From positions 11,705-75,704 of the forward strand of contig CAZRGC010000004.1 in NCBI GenBank assembly GCA_964599625.1: a DNA stretch of 64,000 nt, given 5' to 3'. The position numbers were made by a program, and so were the translations under genes. Origin of the DNA: an uncultured Gammaproteobacteria bacterium. Its GTDB lineage: Bacteria > Patescibacteriota > Microgenomatia > UBA8517. This document shows positions 19,967-30,789 of the stretch, piece after piece. Position 1 is the stretch's first letter. Every line of letters starts with the position of its first letter. The notes below the pieces were generated by a model, which did not search any database, was not told where the DNA came from, and was given only the letters and a program-made list of their open reading frames with translations.

Positions 19967-22192
19967 ATGGAAAGAGACTCGATTAAGTTGGACTACCCAA
20001 TGGCCGTTGGTGAGGCTAAAAAGCAGGAATTCAGGCATGGTGGAGTTTTGCTTCAATACCGAAGCAAAAACGGTTTGACCAGGCTTAAATCACCCTACGA
20101 ACTTGGTGTGGCTGATTTTGCTTCATTAGGGCTTGAAAACGCCCAGAAATTAAATAGCCACCTAAGAGAGACGAAATATCAAAAAACTATAGACATGGCT
20201 GAACGGGCAGCCAAACTTGTGGAGCAGGCTAAAACAGTTCATGTAGACGGTTTTTTGTTTCCCACAAAAGAAAAGCCTTTTACATGGGAACTCAGGCAAA
20301 AAATTGGTAAGGAAATTGAAAATCAAAAAAGACTACTCAAAAAACATGGTATTACAGAGGTAAAAGTTGGGGAAGAAATGGAGTTTGCCCTACCAGAAAA
20401 ACCTGTCGAAGGATTTTTTAAGTGGAGACAGGTTAAACGAACAATATTGGCAGGTTTAAGATGGGAGCTTTCAAAAGAAGAAGGCCCTACAAAAAGAAAA
20501 AGACTTAAGGAAAAAATCAGTCAGGTTTCCAAATTTAATGCCAGGGAGGTTCTAATGTATGACCTTATAGAACTTGATCCCAAAACAAGGGGAATTTTGG
20601 AACCACTATTTGGTGTTAGCAGAGACGGTGATGGTTACTACGACGCAAGAGGTGTGCTGGAGCTAAAATTCAAACCAACCGATCCAAATCAAGCAATAGA
20701 AAATAGAAAAACTGTACTTAAGACACTTTTTGACAAAGCGTTTGAATACGGACTGGAATTTCTGGATCAAGGACTTCCTGCATTTCATATAAATGTAAGC
20801 TTGTGGGACAAAAACGGGAATCTGTTTGCAGACAACCATCCTTCTTTTAATAGAAAAACCAAAAAAATCGTAGAAGGTGTAACTAGAGCTTTTTACGACT
20901 CTATGTTTGTACTAATGGGTAAATATGAAGCAAAGAGCGGAAATCTAAGAAAACTAAAGTTGGATGTAAATAGACTGGAAAGTCTGCGGTTTTCAAGCGA
21001 CAGGTTGGAGATAAGACCATCCGGGACCGACGGGATGCAAGACCCGGACATGATGCTTTCTGTTTTCCTTGCCGGGGCAATCTATGGATTGGAAAACAAA
21101 TGGAGAAATAATTTTGTAAGTGCCAAAAAAGTAAACAGTCCGACAGTTCACCACTCTCCAAGTATGGGTAAGGTTACTTCTCATGTAATCAATAACGCGA
21201 CAATAAAAGGTGATGGTTCATTGGATGTTGCAATGTTTTATATTAGGGAACACGACACAATTCTCGATTACGAACTGGGGATTACAGACGAGGAACCGGT
21301 AACCAATGTTCCTGGGTTTTTGAGAATGTTCTTCTCTTCGGATCACCTTCCTTATGTTGAAAAGTTTTTTAAACGTACAAAATATATTAAAAACAAAAAA
21401 GGTGAATACGAAATTATGTTTCCCGAAACCGCACCGGGCAAATACACTTTTTATTTACCATCACTCAATATGCAATACCTTCCAAAAGAATTGCGTGTAA
21501 GGATGATGAATGGGGAGGAGCTGCCCCGAAGTATCATGGAACAATACACACCGGTTGGAATGAGATTTCCCAGGATAGGTAAGTTTATAGATATCGATGT
21601 AAAAAGGTTGAAGAAAATTATTCAGCCCAGAGGCGTAAAATCAAAGTTTGTTGTCAGGTCCTACGACTACAACAAAAAAGCCTCCTCGGTTGTGCCAAGA
21701 AATTTTACAAATGAAGCCTGGGCAAGGTATCAACGTCTCAAATACAGCAGGACACTTGCGGGTACAATGAGCAAAGATGCCAAAAAGGAGTTTAAAAAGG
21801 CAGCCAGGAAGTTTGTTAAAAACGAAAGTGTTCCAAAAAAAGAACCCGTGACCCGAAAATCAGTGGCTTCCGCGTTTTTCCACAAAATAGCCGACCGTGA
21901 TTATTATCATCACAAAACACCTGCTTGGGTTTTGCAATATATTAAGGAAAGAGGAGAAGTGGAAGGCCAAGACTATTTGATGTCGAGTTTGCAGGTAAAA
22001 TTTGAAATGGTTAAAGACGGGGAGGCTTATGGTGTATTTTTAAAGAGAGTGCTTTATGGAATAAATAAGAGATATGTCAGAAAACACAAATATGTAGTTG
22101 ATGTTAAAGAGCACAACAACGGTTATTCCGACGTCACTGTGAGCATTAGCCCAAGACTTATGAAAGTTCTCAGAAAACTTGTCCAAAAGTAG
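19967..22192 (+). CDS. Large basic protein with divergent glutamine synthetase-like catalytic motifs
   Basis: GEEMEF, LELK, FHINVSLWD, RLEIR...DP...LAG. Confidence 0.55.
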   Translation: MERDSIKLDYPMAVGEAKKQEFRHGGVLLQYRSKNGLTRLKSPYELGVADFASLGLENAQKLNSHLRETKYQKTIDMAERAAKLVEQAKTVHVDGFLFPTKEKPFTWELRQKIGKEIENQKRLLKKHGITEVKVGEEMEFALPEKPVEGFFKWRQVKRTILAGLRWELSKEEGPTKRKRLKEKISQVSKFNAREVLMYDLIELDPKTRGILEPLFGVSRDGDGYYDARGVLELKFKPTDPNQAIENRKTVLKTLFDKAFEYGLEFLDQGLPAFHINVSLWDKNGNLFADNHPSFNRKTKKIVEGVTRAFYDSMFVLMGKYEAKSGNLRKLKLDVNRLESLRFSSDRLEIRPSGTDGMQDPDMMLSVFLAGAIYGLENKWRNNFVSAKKVNSPTVHHSPSMGKVTSHVINNATIKGDGSLDVAMFYIREHDTILDYELGITDEEPVTNVPGFLRMFFSSDHLPYVEKFFKRTKYIKNKKGEYEIMFPETAPGKYTFYLPSLNMQYLPKELRVRMMNGEELPRSIMEQYTPVGMRFPRIGKFIDIDVKRLKKIIQPRGVKSKFVVRSYDYNKKASSVVPRNFTNEAWARYQRLKYSRTLAGTMSKDAKKEFKKAARKFVKNESVPKKEPVTRKSVASAFFHKIADRDYYHHKTPAWVLQYIKERGEVEGQDYLMSSLQVKFEMVKDGEAYGVFLKRVLYGINKRYVRKHKYVVDVKEHNNGYSDVTVSISPRLMKVLRKLVQK

Positions 22193-22196
22193 TACT

Positions 22197-23738
22197 TCAG
22201 TAAATTAATGACTCCTGAAGATTTTTGTATTTTTCTCCGTCTATCTGTATATCATAGAAACTCCCCGTCGTTTTATACGGTTCAGCGCCAACGATTGAAC
22301 TAATTCTTTGGGCTTCTGAGTCACATTGGTGTTTTTTGACAATATCAAATATATAAATTTCAGGTGGTTGGGTTGTGCACACAATTCGTATTTTATCTGG
22401 CACGATCCTAAAGCATTCACCCTCTAAACTAACGGGACAAAATTCTTTTGGAAAAAGTTCATACTTGTCTTTGTTTACAAGATAATCGTAATACCAGACG
22501 TTTAATGACATCCAATATATAAGTTTGTTATTGCGCTCCGACAATACAAGCAACAAGGTTTTTTTATCAGTTTCACTTACCAGTTTTTGTGCATAATTTT
22601 TCGACAAACGGTAATGAGATTCGTTAAAGTTTCTAAGTCTGGGAAGTGAAGATGTTGGGATAATAATAAATATTAAAATAAAGACGACTCCAAATATAAG
22701 TCTAGATGGAAATTTTTTGAACGGTTTTTGTGACAGATTTTCCAATAAACATCCTAAAACTACGTAAAGAACCGGGTAAACAAATATTCCTTTATAAAAC
22801 TGACCAAACCTGGATATTAGCACTGTGGAAATAAACCAATATGCAATTAAAATCAAAACAGTTTTTTTTCGATTTTCGTTTTTAAACTTGGACTTTATAA
22901 GATAGGTAACCAATGAAATAATTAAAAACAAACCCAGAAAGACTGTCTCAGGTTTGTTGTAAAACTGTTGGATTATGTTTTCTATTACTCCGGGTTTGTA
23001 AACTTCTGTGGCAGGAAAAAACAGGTTTTGAAAGTTGGACTTTATAAAATTATATAGGGAAAACTGGAGAATAGATTTAAAGTTAAAAAGCAAAAAGAAA
23101 AATACAGTTGAAGCAACATACAAATACTTACTGGCAGTTTTCTTTGTGAGAAATACAATTAGAACAGCCGATAAGACAAGTTGAAAATTCAGAGCATAAG
23201 AGAATGTGGTTAAAGAAGCAGTCAAAAAAAGAGAAAAGATAATAAGGGGCGATTTCTGATTTTTACTAAGCAACTCTTTGATTAATATGTATAACGCAAC
23301 AAAAGCAAAAGGTAGCGGAAGATACGCAGAGTAGACTACAGTACTAACCTCAAGGAGAATAGGGGACGTTAGTGCCACGAGCATTGCAATTATACCTCCG
23401 CTCTCCGAACTCAAAAGTTTTGCAATTTTGTAAATTAATATTGGCAAGAGCGAAGTCAGAAAAATATGAAATACTAAGGTTGATTCATATGTGTTGTTTA
23501 CAAGTCTCAAAAAAGCCAACAAAAATGTGTAATAAGGTGGGTACCTTACATTGAGTCCTGAATTTGTGATTCCTTCCTGAACTATAAATTTACCGTCTTT
23601 TAGATCATTTACAATTTTTACCGCAAAAAACTGGTCGTTTGCAGTGTCTTGGAACCATACAAGATTTTGCAAAACTAATGCCAGTCTGAAAACAAAAAGG
23701 CATATGAAAAATATTGTTATTAGTTTACTTCTGATCAT
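22197..23738 (-). CDS. GT-C (ArnT/PMT-like) membrane glycosyltransferase
   Basis: Multi-TM; WFQDTAND, YPPYY, SP motif pattern. Confidence 0.65.
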   Translation of the reverse strand: MIRSKLITIFFICLFVFRLALVLQNLVWFQDTANDQFFAVKIVNDLKDGKFIVQEGITNSGLNVRYPPYYTFLLAFLRLVNNTYESTLVFHIFLTSLLPILIYKIAKLLSSESGGIIAMLVALTSPILLEVSTVVYSAYLPLPFAFVALYILIKELLSKNQKSPLIIFSLFLTASLTTFSYALNFQLVLSAVLIVFLTKKTASKYLYVASTVFFFLLFNFKSILQFSLYNFIKSNFQNLFFPATEVYKPGVIENIIQQFYNKPETVFLGLFLIISLVTYLIKSKFKNENRKKTVLILIAYWFISTVLISRFGQFYKGIFVYPVLYVVLGCLLENLSQKPFKKFPSRLIFGVVFILIFIIIPTSSLPRLRNFNESHYRLSKNYAQKLVSETDKKTLLLVLSERNNKLIYWMSLNVWYYDYLVNKDKYELFPKEFCPVSLEGECFRIVPDKIRIVCTTQPPEIYIFDIVKKHQCDSEAQRISSIVGAEPYKTTGSFYDIQIDGEKYKNLQESLIY

Positions 23739-23809
23739 TAGTTTTTTTTGGATTGAGACTTTGCTGCTGATATTAACTACTTATATTGCTACAATTACAT
23801 TTTGTAAAT

Positions 23810-25000
23810 ATGTTCAAAAGCAATAGAAACCTATTGATCATAGCCTTGGTGGCACTTGTCAATATGTTGGGATATGGAATTATTATCCCCATTTTATACT
23901 CGTATGCGAAAAAATTTGGGTTGACCGATTTCCAAAATGGCCTCCTGTTTGCATCCTTTTCGATTTGCCAGTTTATTTCTACTCCAATAATAGGAAGAAT
24001 GTCCGATAAATACGGAAGGCGTCCGTTACTCATTATTTCTATAACTGGTACTGCTATATCGTTCCTCATGATGGCTTTTGCACCTAATTTCATATTTTTA
24101 TTTTTGGCAAGAATGCTGGACGGTTTAACCGCAGGAAATATTCCTGTTGCCTTTGCTGTAATATCAGATTCCACAATTCCGGAAGACCGGGGAAAAGCCT
24201 TTGGAATGGTTAGTGCCGCTTTTAATTTTGGATTCATTTTTGGACCTGCTATATCTGCAATAACTTTAGGATTTGGAACCGGCGCCCCATTTTTAGTTGC
24301 AGCACTTGTAACCATTGTCGCTGTCGTTATTACAGCTTTGTTTTTACCTGAAACAAACAAACACATTGGTGAAGTTAAAAAAGAAAAAATTTTCGATTTT
24401 GCGAAAATGTGGCACACACTTTTTGAGCCGAATGTTGGACCAACATTCGTAGTTTCGCTTTTGTATTTTCTTGCTTTTTCCTGCTCTGTGATTTATGGAT
24501 TTCAACCTTTTGTCACCAAAGTTTTGGGAATATCTGCACAAACAAACTCAGTGCTTTTTACCATTTTTGGTATATGCGGATTAATAACGCAAACCTTTCT
24601 TGTACAATTTTTTAGTAAAAAGTGGGGAGTGAAAAAAGCATTTACAATGTCAATGTTATTGGTTGCGTTTTCATTTTTGTTGATGTTTTTGGCACGCTCC
24701 TTGGTTGTTTTTGGTGTGGCCATGGCAGTTTTGGCAGTGTTCAACGGAATCGGGCAGACCTTGATACCTGCCATTCTTTCCAAAGAGGCTGATGATAAAT
24801 CGCAGGGTTCAATAATGGGACTTAATGCTTCTTATCAAAGTATTGGGATGATAGTTGGACCAATTTTGGGCGGAATTATTGCCTCAGCAGTCTCTATTCC
24901 TGCTACTTTTTCGGTGGGTATGGTTTTGGTGTTGGTGTGTTATTTTTTGTCTTTCAAAATGCTTAGGCCGGGTGTACATAAAGAGTCTGCTTTTAGTTAA
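23810..25000 (+). CDS. MFS transporter (TetA/DHA1 family)
   Basis: GRMSDKYGRRP motif A, ARMLDG, GFIFGP; 12 TMs. Confidence 0.92.
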   Translation: MFKSNRNLLIIALVALVNMLGYGIIIPILYSYAKKFGLTDFQNGLLFASFSICQFISTPIIGRMSDKYGRRPLLIISITGTAISFLMMAFAPNFIFLFLARMLDGLTAGNIPVAFAVISDSTIPEDRGKAFGMVSAAFNFGFIFGPAISAITLGFGTGAPFLVAALVTIVAVVITALFLPETNKHIGEVKKEKIFDFAKMWHTLFEPNVGPTFVVSLLYFLAFSCSVIYGFQPFVTKVLGISAQTNSVLFTIFGICGLITQTFLVQFFSKKWGVKKAFTMSMLLVAFSFLLMFLARSLVVFGVAMAVLAVFNGIGQTLIPAILSKEADDKSQGSIMGLNASYQSIGMIVGPILGGIIASAVSIPATFSVGMVLVLVCYFLSFKMLRPGVHKESAFS

Positions 25001-25045
25001 GTCTTCTTCACTGGATTTTTGTAGTATCGAATATATACTCACGAT

Positions 25046-25744
25046 ATGGCAATAGAAAATGAAATTCACGAGGCGCAAGCCAAGATCTTGACGGCACTTT
25101 TGTTTACCCCCGGGTCCAGGTTTAGAGACCTCAATAAACTAGGCCTTTCCACAGATCACTTTACATTTCATATTAAAAAATTATTGGAGTTGGGTTTGGT
25201 TTCCAAATCCGGAGTTAAATATTCACTTACAGAAAAAGGCAAAGAGTTTTCAAACAGAATGGACACAGACACCTCCAAGATAGAAAGGCAGCCTAAAGTT
25301 GCAGTGCTTGTGGTTGGTATTAAAAATATTGGAAGAAAAACTTTGATACTTACCCAAAAAAGACTTAAAGAACCATTTTACGGGTACACTGGTTTTATAA
25401 CTGGAAAAGTCAGATGGGGTGAAAGTCTTTTGCAAGCAGCCAAAAGAGAACTTTTGGAAGAATCTGGACTAAGTGCATCTAAAATCACTTTTTGCGGAAT
25501 CGAACACAAAACAGATGTTAAAGGCGGTGAGATTAAAGAGGACAAATTATTTTTTATTTATAAGGCAGAAATATCGAATGATAACCTTATAAAAAAGTTT
25601 ATCGGTGGAGAGAATAGATGGTTGGAAGTTGTGGAAGTCAGAAAAATGGAGAACAAATTTGGAGACATTGACGACATTCTGGAAATTGTTCAGAAAACAA
25701 ACATTACCTTCAAAGAAAACATATTTGAAATCATGGATTACTAG
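25046..25744 (+). CDS. wHTH-NUDIX fusion protein
   Basis: N-terminal wHTH (FHIKKL...YSLTEKG); Nudix box GKVRWGESLLQAAKRELLEESG. Confidence 0.85.
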   Translation: MAIENEIHEAQAKILTALLFTPGSRFRDLNKLGLSTDHFTFHIKKLLELGLVSKSGVKYSLTEKGKEFSNRMDTDTSKIERQPKVAVLVVGIKNIGRKTLILTQKRLKEPFYGYTGFITGKVRWGESLLQAAKRELLEESGLSASKITFCGIEHKTDVKGGEIKEDKLFFIYKAEISNDNLIKKFIGGENRWLEVVEVRKMENKFGDIDDILEIVQKTNITFKENIFEIMDY

Positions 25745-25786
25745 TATCAGGAACATCTCAGACTTTTTGATGTAATATAATACTGT

Positions 25787-26494
25787 ATGGATGATGATCC
25801 TCAGGCAAAAGACTTGGTCCCCTTTGTTGGCGAGCCCGGTTTGGAAGATAAAGCTCAAAAGATATTAGAAGATACAATTTCTGAGGTAGGTAGAGAGGCA
25901 AGGGAAAAGGGCAGTTATTACGCAGTCCTCACTGAATCTCAAAAATCAGTTGTAAAAATGTTGGTTGAATCTAACTTTAATTATTATAACGACAGATTCA
26001 AGGTCGACCTCTACGAGTTTACAGAAGCAATGTCCGAAAACTACCTTGTAAAAACAAGAGTCTTTGCGCCAATTGTTGAACTCGCAGGATTCGAAAGCCA
26101 CGAAGAAGCTGGAGATATATCTTTTACGAAGGATACAGAAATGGCATGTCTTTCAGTTAACGGTTCTTATGTTATGACTGGGGCCGGGACTGTTGGTTCC
26201 GTTGAGGGTGGGCCGATGACTTATACAAGACTTCCGTTAAGAGAAGGTGACACAAAAGCGGTTAATGTGCATTACGACAAAGGAGTAAGGCTAACCTATG
26301 TTCCCGAAAGGGGCGACCGTTTCCACGCAATCACTCCCGGAGCGCCACTCCATACCTCGGCGCTTATAGAGGTTTATGCCAGAAATCCGGATACAAGTTC
26401 GGGTGATACAGTTGACGCGGTAGCGCACACTGTTACTCAGTCGTACACACATATTGACAGAAGAACCATGTCGGGCTTCAAACCTAGAGAATAA
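25787..26494 (+). CDS. Hypothetical protein
   Basis: 235-aa ORF; TATAAT just before ATG. Confidence 0.7.
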   Translation: MDDDPQAKDLVPFVGEPGLEDKAQKILEDTISEVGREAREKGSYYAVLTESQKSVVKMLVESNFNYYNDRFKVDLYEFTEAMSENYLVKTRVFAPIVELAGFESHEEAGDISFTKDTEMACLSVNGSYVMTGAGTVGSVEGGPMTYTRLPLREGDTKAVNVHYDKGVRLTYVPERGDRFHAITPGAPLHTSALIEVYARNPDTSSGDTVDAVAHTVTQSYTHIDRRTMSGFKPRE

Positions 26495-27534
26495 TGAGTT
26501 TAAGAAATATTTTATCGGTGTTTGTATATTTGATGTTTGGTTTTGTTGTTGGATATTTCGCATATAAAAATTTTTACAAAATTTCACCTACTTTGGAGTT
26601 TGCAGGGAAAGGAAATGAATATATTCAACAAGATGTACCGTTTAAAGAACTTACAATTCCATTTCTTCGAAGCAGGAGTTATTCCTCCGAACTTGGAGAA
26701 ATGTCGGTTTACAAAAAATCCGCAAACTACACAAGTTATCTAACGAGTTACGATTCTGATGGTTTAAAAATAAACGGTTTGTTAACTGTCCCCAATAACG
26801 ATTTTGGACAAAAGCATCCTGCGATTGTTTTTGTTCATGGCTATATAGCCCCAACAATTTACAAAACAACAGAAAAATATGTGGAGTATGTGGATTATTT
26901 GGCAAGAAACGGATATGTGGTTTTCAAGATCGACCTAAGAGGTCATGGCGAAAGTCAGGGGGAAGCAAACGGCGCGTATTATTCGGGAGACTATGTTATT
27001 GACACCATAAATGCATACAAAGCTCTTGAATCGGCAGATTTTGTGGACAAAGGAAAAATAGGTTTATGGGGGCACAGCATGGCCGGGAATGTTGCGTTGA
27101 GGACAGCTGCTGTTCTTAAAAATATTCCCGCAACTGCAATATGGGCAGGGGCAGGGTTTACTTATACTGATCTTTTGGCTTACCGCATATCCGACAACTC
27201 ATATAGACCTCCTGAGCAGAACACTCAAAGAGCAACAAGACGCCAGGAACTAAGGAATACTTATGGAGACTTTGACCCAAATAGCGACTTCTGGAAGTTG
27301 GTTCCTGGGGCAAATTATCTTCGTGACTTTTTGGGAGTCATTGGACTTTTTCATTCTGCCGATGACGATGTGGTGAGTGTTGAATATTCCAGAAATCTCA
27401 AAAAACTATTGGATGAGGCGCAAGTAGAAAATGAATATCACGAATATGGTTCCGGAGGACATAATATTTCTGGGTCAAATTTCGGAAGAGCAATGCAAAC
27501 AACAGTTAATTTTTTTGACAAATTTCTTAAATAA
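26494..27534 (+). CDS. Alpha/beta hydrolase (S9 peptidase-like), N-terminal TM
   Basis: HGY, DLRGHG, GHSMAG nucleophile, HSADD, GGHN. Confidence 0.9.
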   Translation: MSLRNILSVFVYLMFGFVVGYFAYKNFYKISPTLEFAGKGNEYIQQDVPFKELTIPFLRSRSYSSELGEMSVYKKSANYTSYLTSYDSDGLKINGLLTVPNNDFGQKHPAIVFVHGYIAPTIYKTTEKYVEYVDYLARNGYVVFKIDLRGHGESQGEANGAYYSGDYVIDTINAYKALESADFVDKGKIGLWGHSMAGNVALRTAAVLKNIPATAIWAGAGFTYTDLLAYRISDNSYRPPEQNTQRATRRQELRNTYGDFDPNSDFWKLVPGANYLRDFLGVIGLFHSADDDVVSVEYSRNLKKLLDEAQVENEYHEYGSGGHNISGSNFGRAMQTTVNFFDKFLK

Positions 27535-27568
27535 CAAATAGTGCTGTTGGTGTTACAATGTTTCCAGA

Positions 27569-28279
27569 ATGGAAGACCGCCCACAGTCAGATGAAACAGG
27601 CAATGTCACCCCGGAGTTGTACGACATTTCACAACTTCCTGATAAGTCTTCATTTAAGGACGCAAACGGTTACAGAAAAGCTTTTGTTACTGCAATGAGG
27701 TCGGTTGTAGACCAACTTAAAACACAAATTGATCAGGGAAATAAAACAGATTGGGTGTTTCTTACCGGCCAATTTCGGGAAAAATACTTTGTAGATACAT
27801 TTGGGAATATTACCGATGATGATTGGGACTATGCAAGCCAAAGCGGTATAGGCGCCAGCAGTGAGTTGTCTTTTGCGTATGCACCTGTCCCCATGATGGT
27901 TCGTGTGTGGGAAGAAATGACAAAAGCACCAGGGCAGGAAAATTTAGCTTTTTACCGCGGTGCCGACTTGAAAGAAGACGGAAGTTTTGGTGCAGATTGG
28001 GCACCAGCAGGACTTACGGAGGCATTGGATTATGTAAAAAAGGGACAGGGTGGTGCCAAGGCAGAGACAAGAGAAAACCCTGGTTTGGTTGAGGTTTCAT
28101 TTAAATCTGTGGTTGAAGCATATAAAAAAGGTAAAGCGAGTTTGGAGCTGGAACATGGATTTGGAACCGGCTCTGTAAATTTTTTACTGAGTGGTGATGC
28201 TTTGAAAAATGTAAACAAATGGAAAGTAAGTAATAACGTGCCTCCAGTGGGTAATCTGGCGGCTGTTTTTGTATCCTAA
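27569..28279 (+). CDS. Hypothetical protein, possibly ADP-ribosyltransferase-like
   Basis: FYRG...W...EALDY...ELE pattern; weak similarity only. Confidence 0.45.
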   Translation: MEDRPQSDETGNVTPELYDISQLPDKSSFKDANGYRKAFVTAMRSVVDQLKTQIDQGNKTDWVFLTGQFREKYFVDTFGNITDDDWDYASQSGIGASSELSFAYAPVPMMVRVWEEMTKAPGQENLAFYRGADLKEDGSFGADWAPAGLTEALDYVKKGQGGAKAETRENPGLVEVSFKSVVEAYKKGKASLELEHGFGTGSVNFLLSGDALKNVNKWKVSNNVPPVGNLAAVFVS

Positions 28280-28281
28280 AT

Positions 28282-29262
28282 ATGGACCGTGCAGACAACA
28301 CACCAGTTACCGAAAAAAGCCGGGCAACAGCTTTGGAATCTTTCAGGACTAGATACATGTTGTCTCGTGATTTTGTTTTACCTGTAGACACCGAAAGTGT
28401 ATTAAGATCACTTGGAAATATTCCAGAACCCACGATTAGGCCACTTGTTGACAATTCGGTTAACCATAAAGATCAACAAAAATGGCGATCGCAGTTTATT
28501 AAGTTATTTTACACAGACACAAGAAACAAAGGAGAGATAATTGCAGATAATATTTTGGCAAACATTGAGAGGGTTGATCAAAAAACATTTGAGGAATCAC
28601 TGATTAATTCATTCAGGGCTTCTCAACGGGTTCTAACTCCCCAGGTGCTTGAGAAATCCTCGATTGTTTATTTTTCGGGAGGTGGAGAAAGGAGTACTGT
28701 TTGGGCAAGAAACTTGCTTAAAGATCATTTTCCACAAGATCCGATTACCAAGGTTGGTTTTTTGGACTATTACAGGAAGGATATTCAAAATGAAGACACC
28801 GAAGTCGGAATAATTATGGATGACGCAACATACTCGGGTAAACAGGTTAAAGACCATATAAGACGTGGTAAGGAAAGGTTTGGATTAAAACGGTTTGTGG
28901 TGATTGTGCCGTTTGTTACACAAGATGCAATAGACATAGTTAATGCAACAGCTCAAAACGAAGGAGTCAAAATAGATATTTTTTACGACAGGAAAATGAA
29001 AACCGCAAGAGAAATTTTAGGTGAGGCCGACTATGACTATGTCAGAAAGATGTCCAATCCAGGCGTGTTAAACACAGGTCAGACATTAACTTATTTTGCA
29101 CACAAAGTACCTGACTTCAGGAGTCTTTTTCCGTATATTGGAAACACAAGGCATGCTGAAGAAGACTCTAGAATAAATCCTTTGATAAAAGAGACCCCTG
29201 CCGTTTATAAAAAAGAATATTTTGACTGGCTCAAGTCCGTTGGTTTTAAGGGATTCAAATAA
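28282..29262 (+). CDS. Phosphoribosyltransferase-like protein
   Basis: IIMDDATYSGKQV PRPP-binding loop; YFAHKVPD. Confidence 0.65.
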   Translation: MDRADNTPVTEKSRATALESFRTRYMLSRDFVLPVDTESVLRSLGNIPEPTIRPLVDNSVNHKDQQKWRSQFIKLFYTDTRNKGEIIADNILANIERVDQKTFEESLINSFRASQRVLTPQVLEKSSIVYFSGGGERSTVWARNLLKDHFPQDPITKVGFLDYYRKDIQNEDTEVGIIMDDATYSGKQVKDHIRRGKERFGLKRFVVIVPFVTQDAIDIVNATAQNEGVKIDIFYDRKMKTAREILGEADYDYVRKMSNPGVLNTGQTLTYFAHKVPDFRSLFPYIGNTRHAEEDSRINPLIKETPAVYKKEYFDWLKSVGFKGFK

Positions 29263-29268
29263 TTAATT

Positions 29269-30759
29269 ATGTCAGCGGAAAACAAAAGTCCCAGAGAAGA
29301 ATTAAGGAGTCAAATATCCAAAATCCCCGGGATTTTTGAGGGTGACAGCGGGAGATGGTGGTTCAAGGCCTACAAATTCCTGAGACAACAGGAAAACGAA
29401 TTCAACAAGTTGTCTCCCGAAATCCAGTCTTCAATTTCGCCATATCTTGCAATGGCACTAGACCTTGTTAGAAAAGAAGTTGGTGACACCAATGCCAATA
29501 ATGAAGCAGACGACCTGTCGAGTGCTCACAGAGCCGAGGCTATTATTATGAAAATCTCATACGAAATGGCAAAAAGATTTGAACCGGAAATAGACGATAT
29601 AAGAGAGAACAGACTTTCAATAGATGAAATCCTAAAAGCAAAATCTGATATGTTCAGGCTCCGGGGGTCAATGTTTGGAATAAAACTTCCTGATGGAGAA
29701 AATTACTATGAGGTTAAGTTGCCGGACGAAAACACGATTTGGTACAAAGGCGGAGTTTCCAGGTTGGTTTTAAATATCTTGGCAGGCGCAAAACAGGAAG
29801 TAATAATGGGGGATCTGCCGCCAAACGATCATGACGGCATAGCAATAGGGGATTTTGCAAAAGCCCATGAATTGGCAACCCAAATGGGAATAGATGCGGA
29901 TGGACTTGAGATGTGGAAAGGAAAAGAGCTTGACTTTGCAAGGTTTTGTTTGGGTCGGGATTCGACTCAGAACCAAGTAATGTTTGGCCGTGACGGAATT
30001 CATTTTTCTGATGCGGCCATGGATGCTGCAGAATCGGGCTATACGGAAATCGTTGGAAAATATATTCCCGAAAAAGCAATATACGGTGTGGACGTTGTTT
30101 ATTTGAAAGGTGCAGAACTGGCCAAGCCCAGGGGGCAAATGAGGCTTATAAAAGCTTTGAGTGAAGGAAAAATTTTATCTTTTGAACACAAGCCTTTGTC
30201 CAATAACATGGACGTTAGCCTTTATGTGATGTTTTTGGCCAAAAGGTGGTCCAAAAAAGAAAACTTTACCGACCTTATGCAAAACATGTTTGAAGTTCTA
30301 AAAAGAATGGGGCATGTAAGGGAAGGTGAAAAAAATATTTTTCAGGTTTTAAAAAGGGCGCACACTACATATCCATTTTTTGACTTTGACAGCGAGGTGA
30401 AAGATATTACCGAGGTTGTACGCTGGAAATCCAGAAAAATTGTTAAACAAATAGATAGGGAATTTGCTTGGCAATATCCCAACGATATCCCGATTGATTT
30501 GGAAAGAGCTCCCAATGATACTGTCCCCATTAAGATCACTCTGGAGGGGTTTTCCCCTAAGCCGGAAATTGGGGAATGGATTAATGATAAATGGAAAAAG
30601 TATTTGGAACACTCAAGACGTGAATTTAGGGAATATCAAAATTCTGATTTAAGTTCCGTTGAGAGGATGTTCAAAAAAGCCGACCGGGTGGACTTTGAAG
30701 ATATGGGGCTAGGATCTTCTGAATCAGGAATGTTTGTCGAAGGCCGGCCGGAGATTTAG
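29269..30759 (+). CDS. Divergent class II nucleotidyltransferase (CCA/poly(A) polymerase head-like)
   Basis: YKGGVSR...NDHD...RDSTQNQV resembles GGxVRD...DxD...RRDxTxN. Confidence 0.55.
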   Translation: MSAENKSPREELRSQISKIPGIFEGDSGRWWFKAYKFLRQQENEFNKLSPEIQSSISPYLAMALDLVRKEVGDTNANNEADDLSSAHRAEAIIMKISYEMAKRFEPEIDDIRENRLSIDEILKAKSDMFRLRGSMFGIKLPDGENYYEVKLPDENTIWYKGGVSRLVLNILAGAKQEVIMGDLPPNDHDGIAIGDFAKAHELATQMGIDADGLEMWKGKELDFARFCLGRDSTQNQVMFGRDGIHFSDAAMDAAESGYTEIVGKYIPEKAIYGVDVVYLKGAELAKPRGQMRLIKALSEGKILSFEHKPLSNNMDVSLYVMFLAKRWSKKENFTDLMQNMFEVLKRMGHVREGEKNIFQVLKRAHTTYPFFDFDSEVKDITEVVRWKSRKIVKQIDREFAWQYPNDIPIDLERAPNDTVPIKITLEGFSPKPEIGEWINDKWKKYLEHSRREFREYQNSDLSSVERMFKKADRVDFEDMGLGSSESGMFVEGRPEI

Positions 30760-30789
30760 TGCTTTTCTTCGAGATGCTAAAATAGCCAC

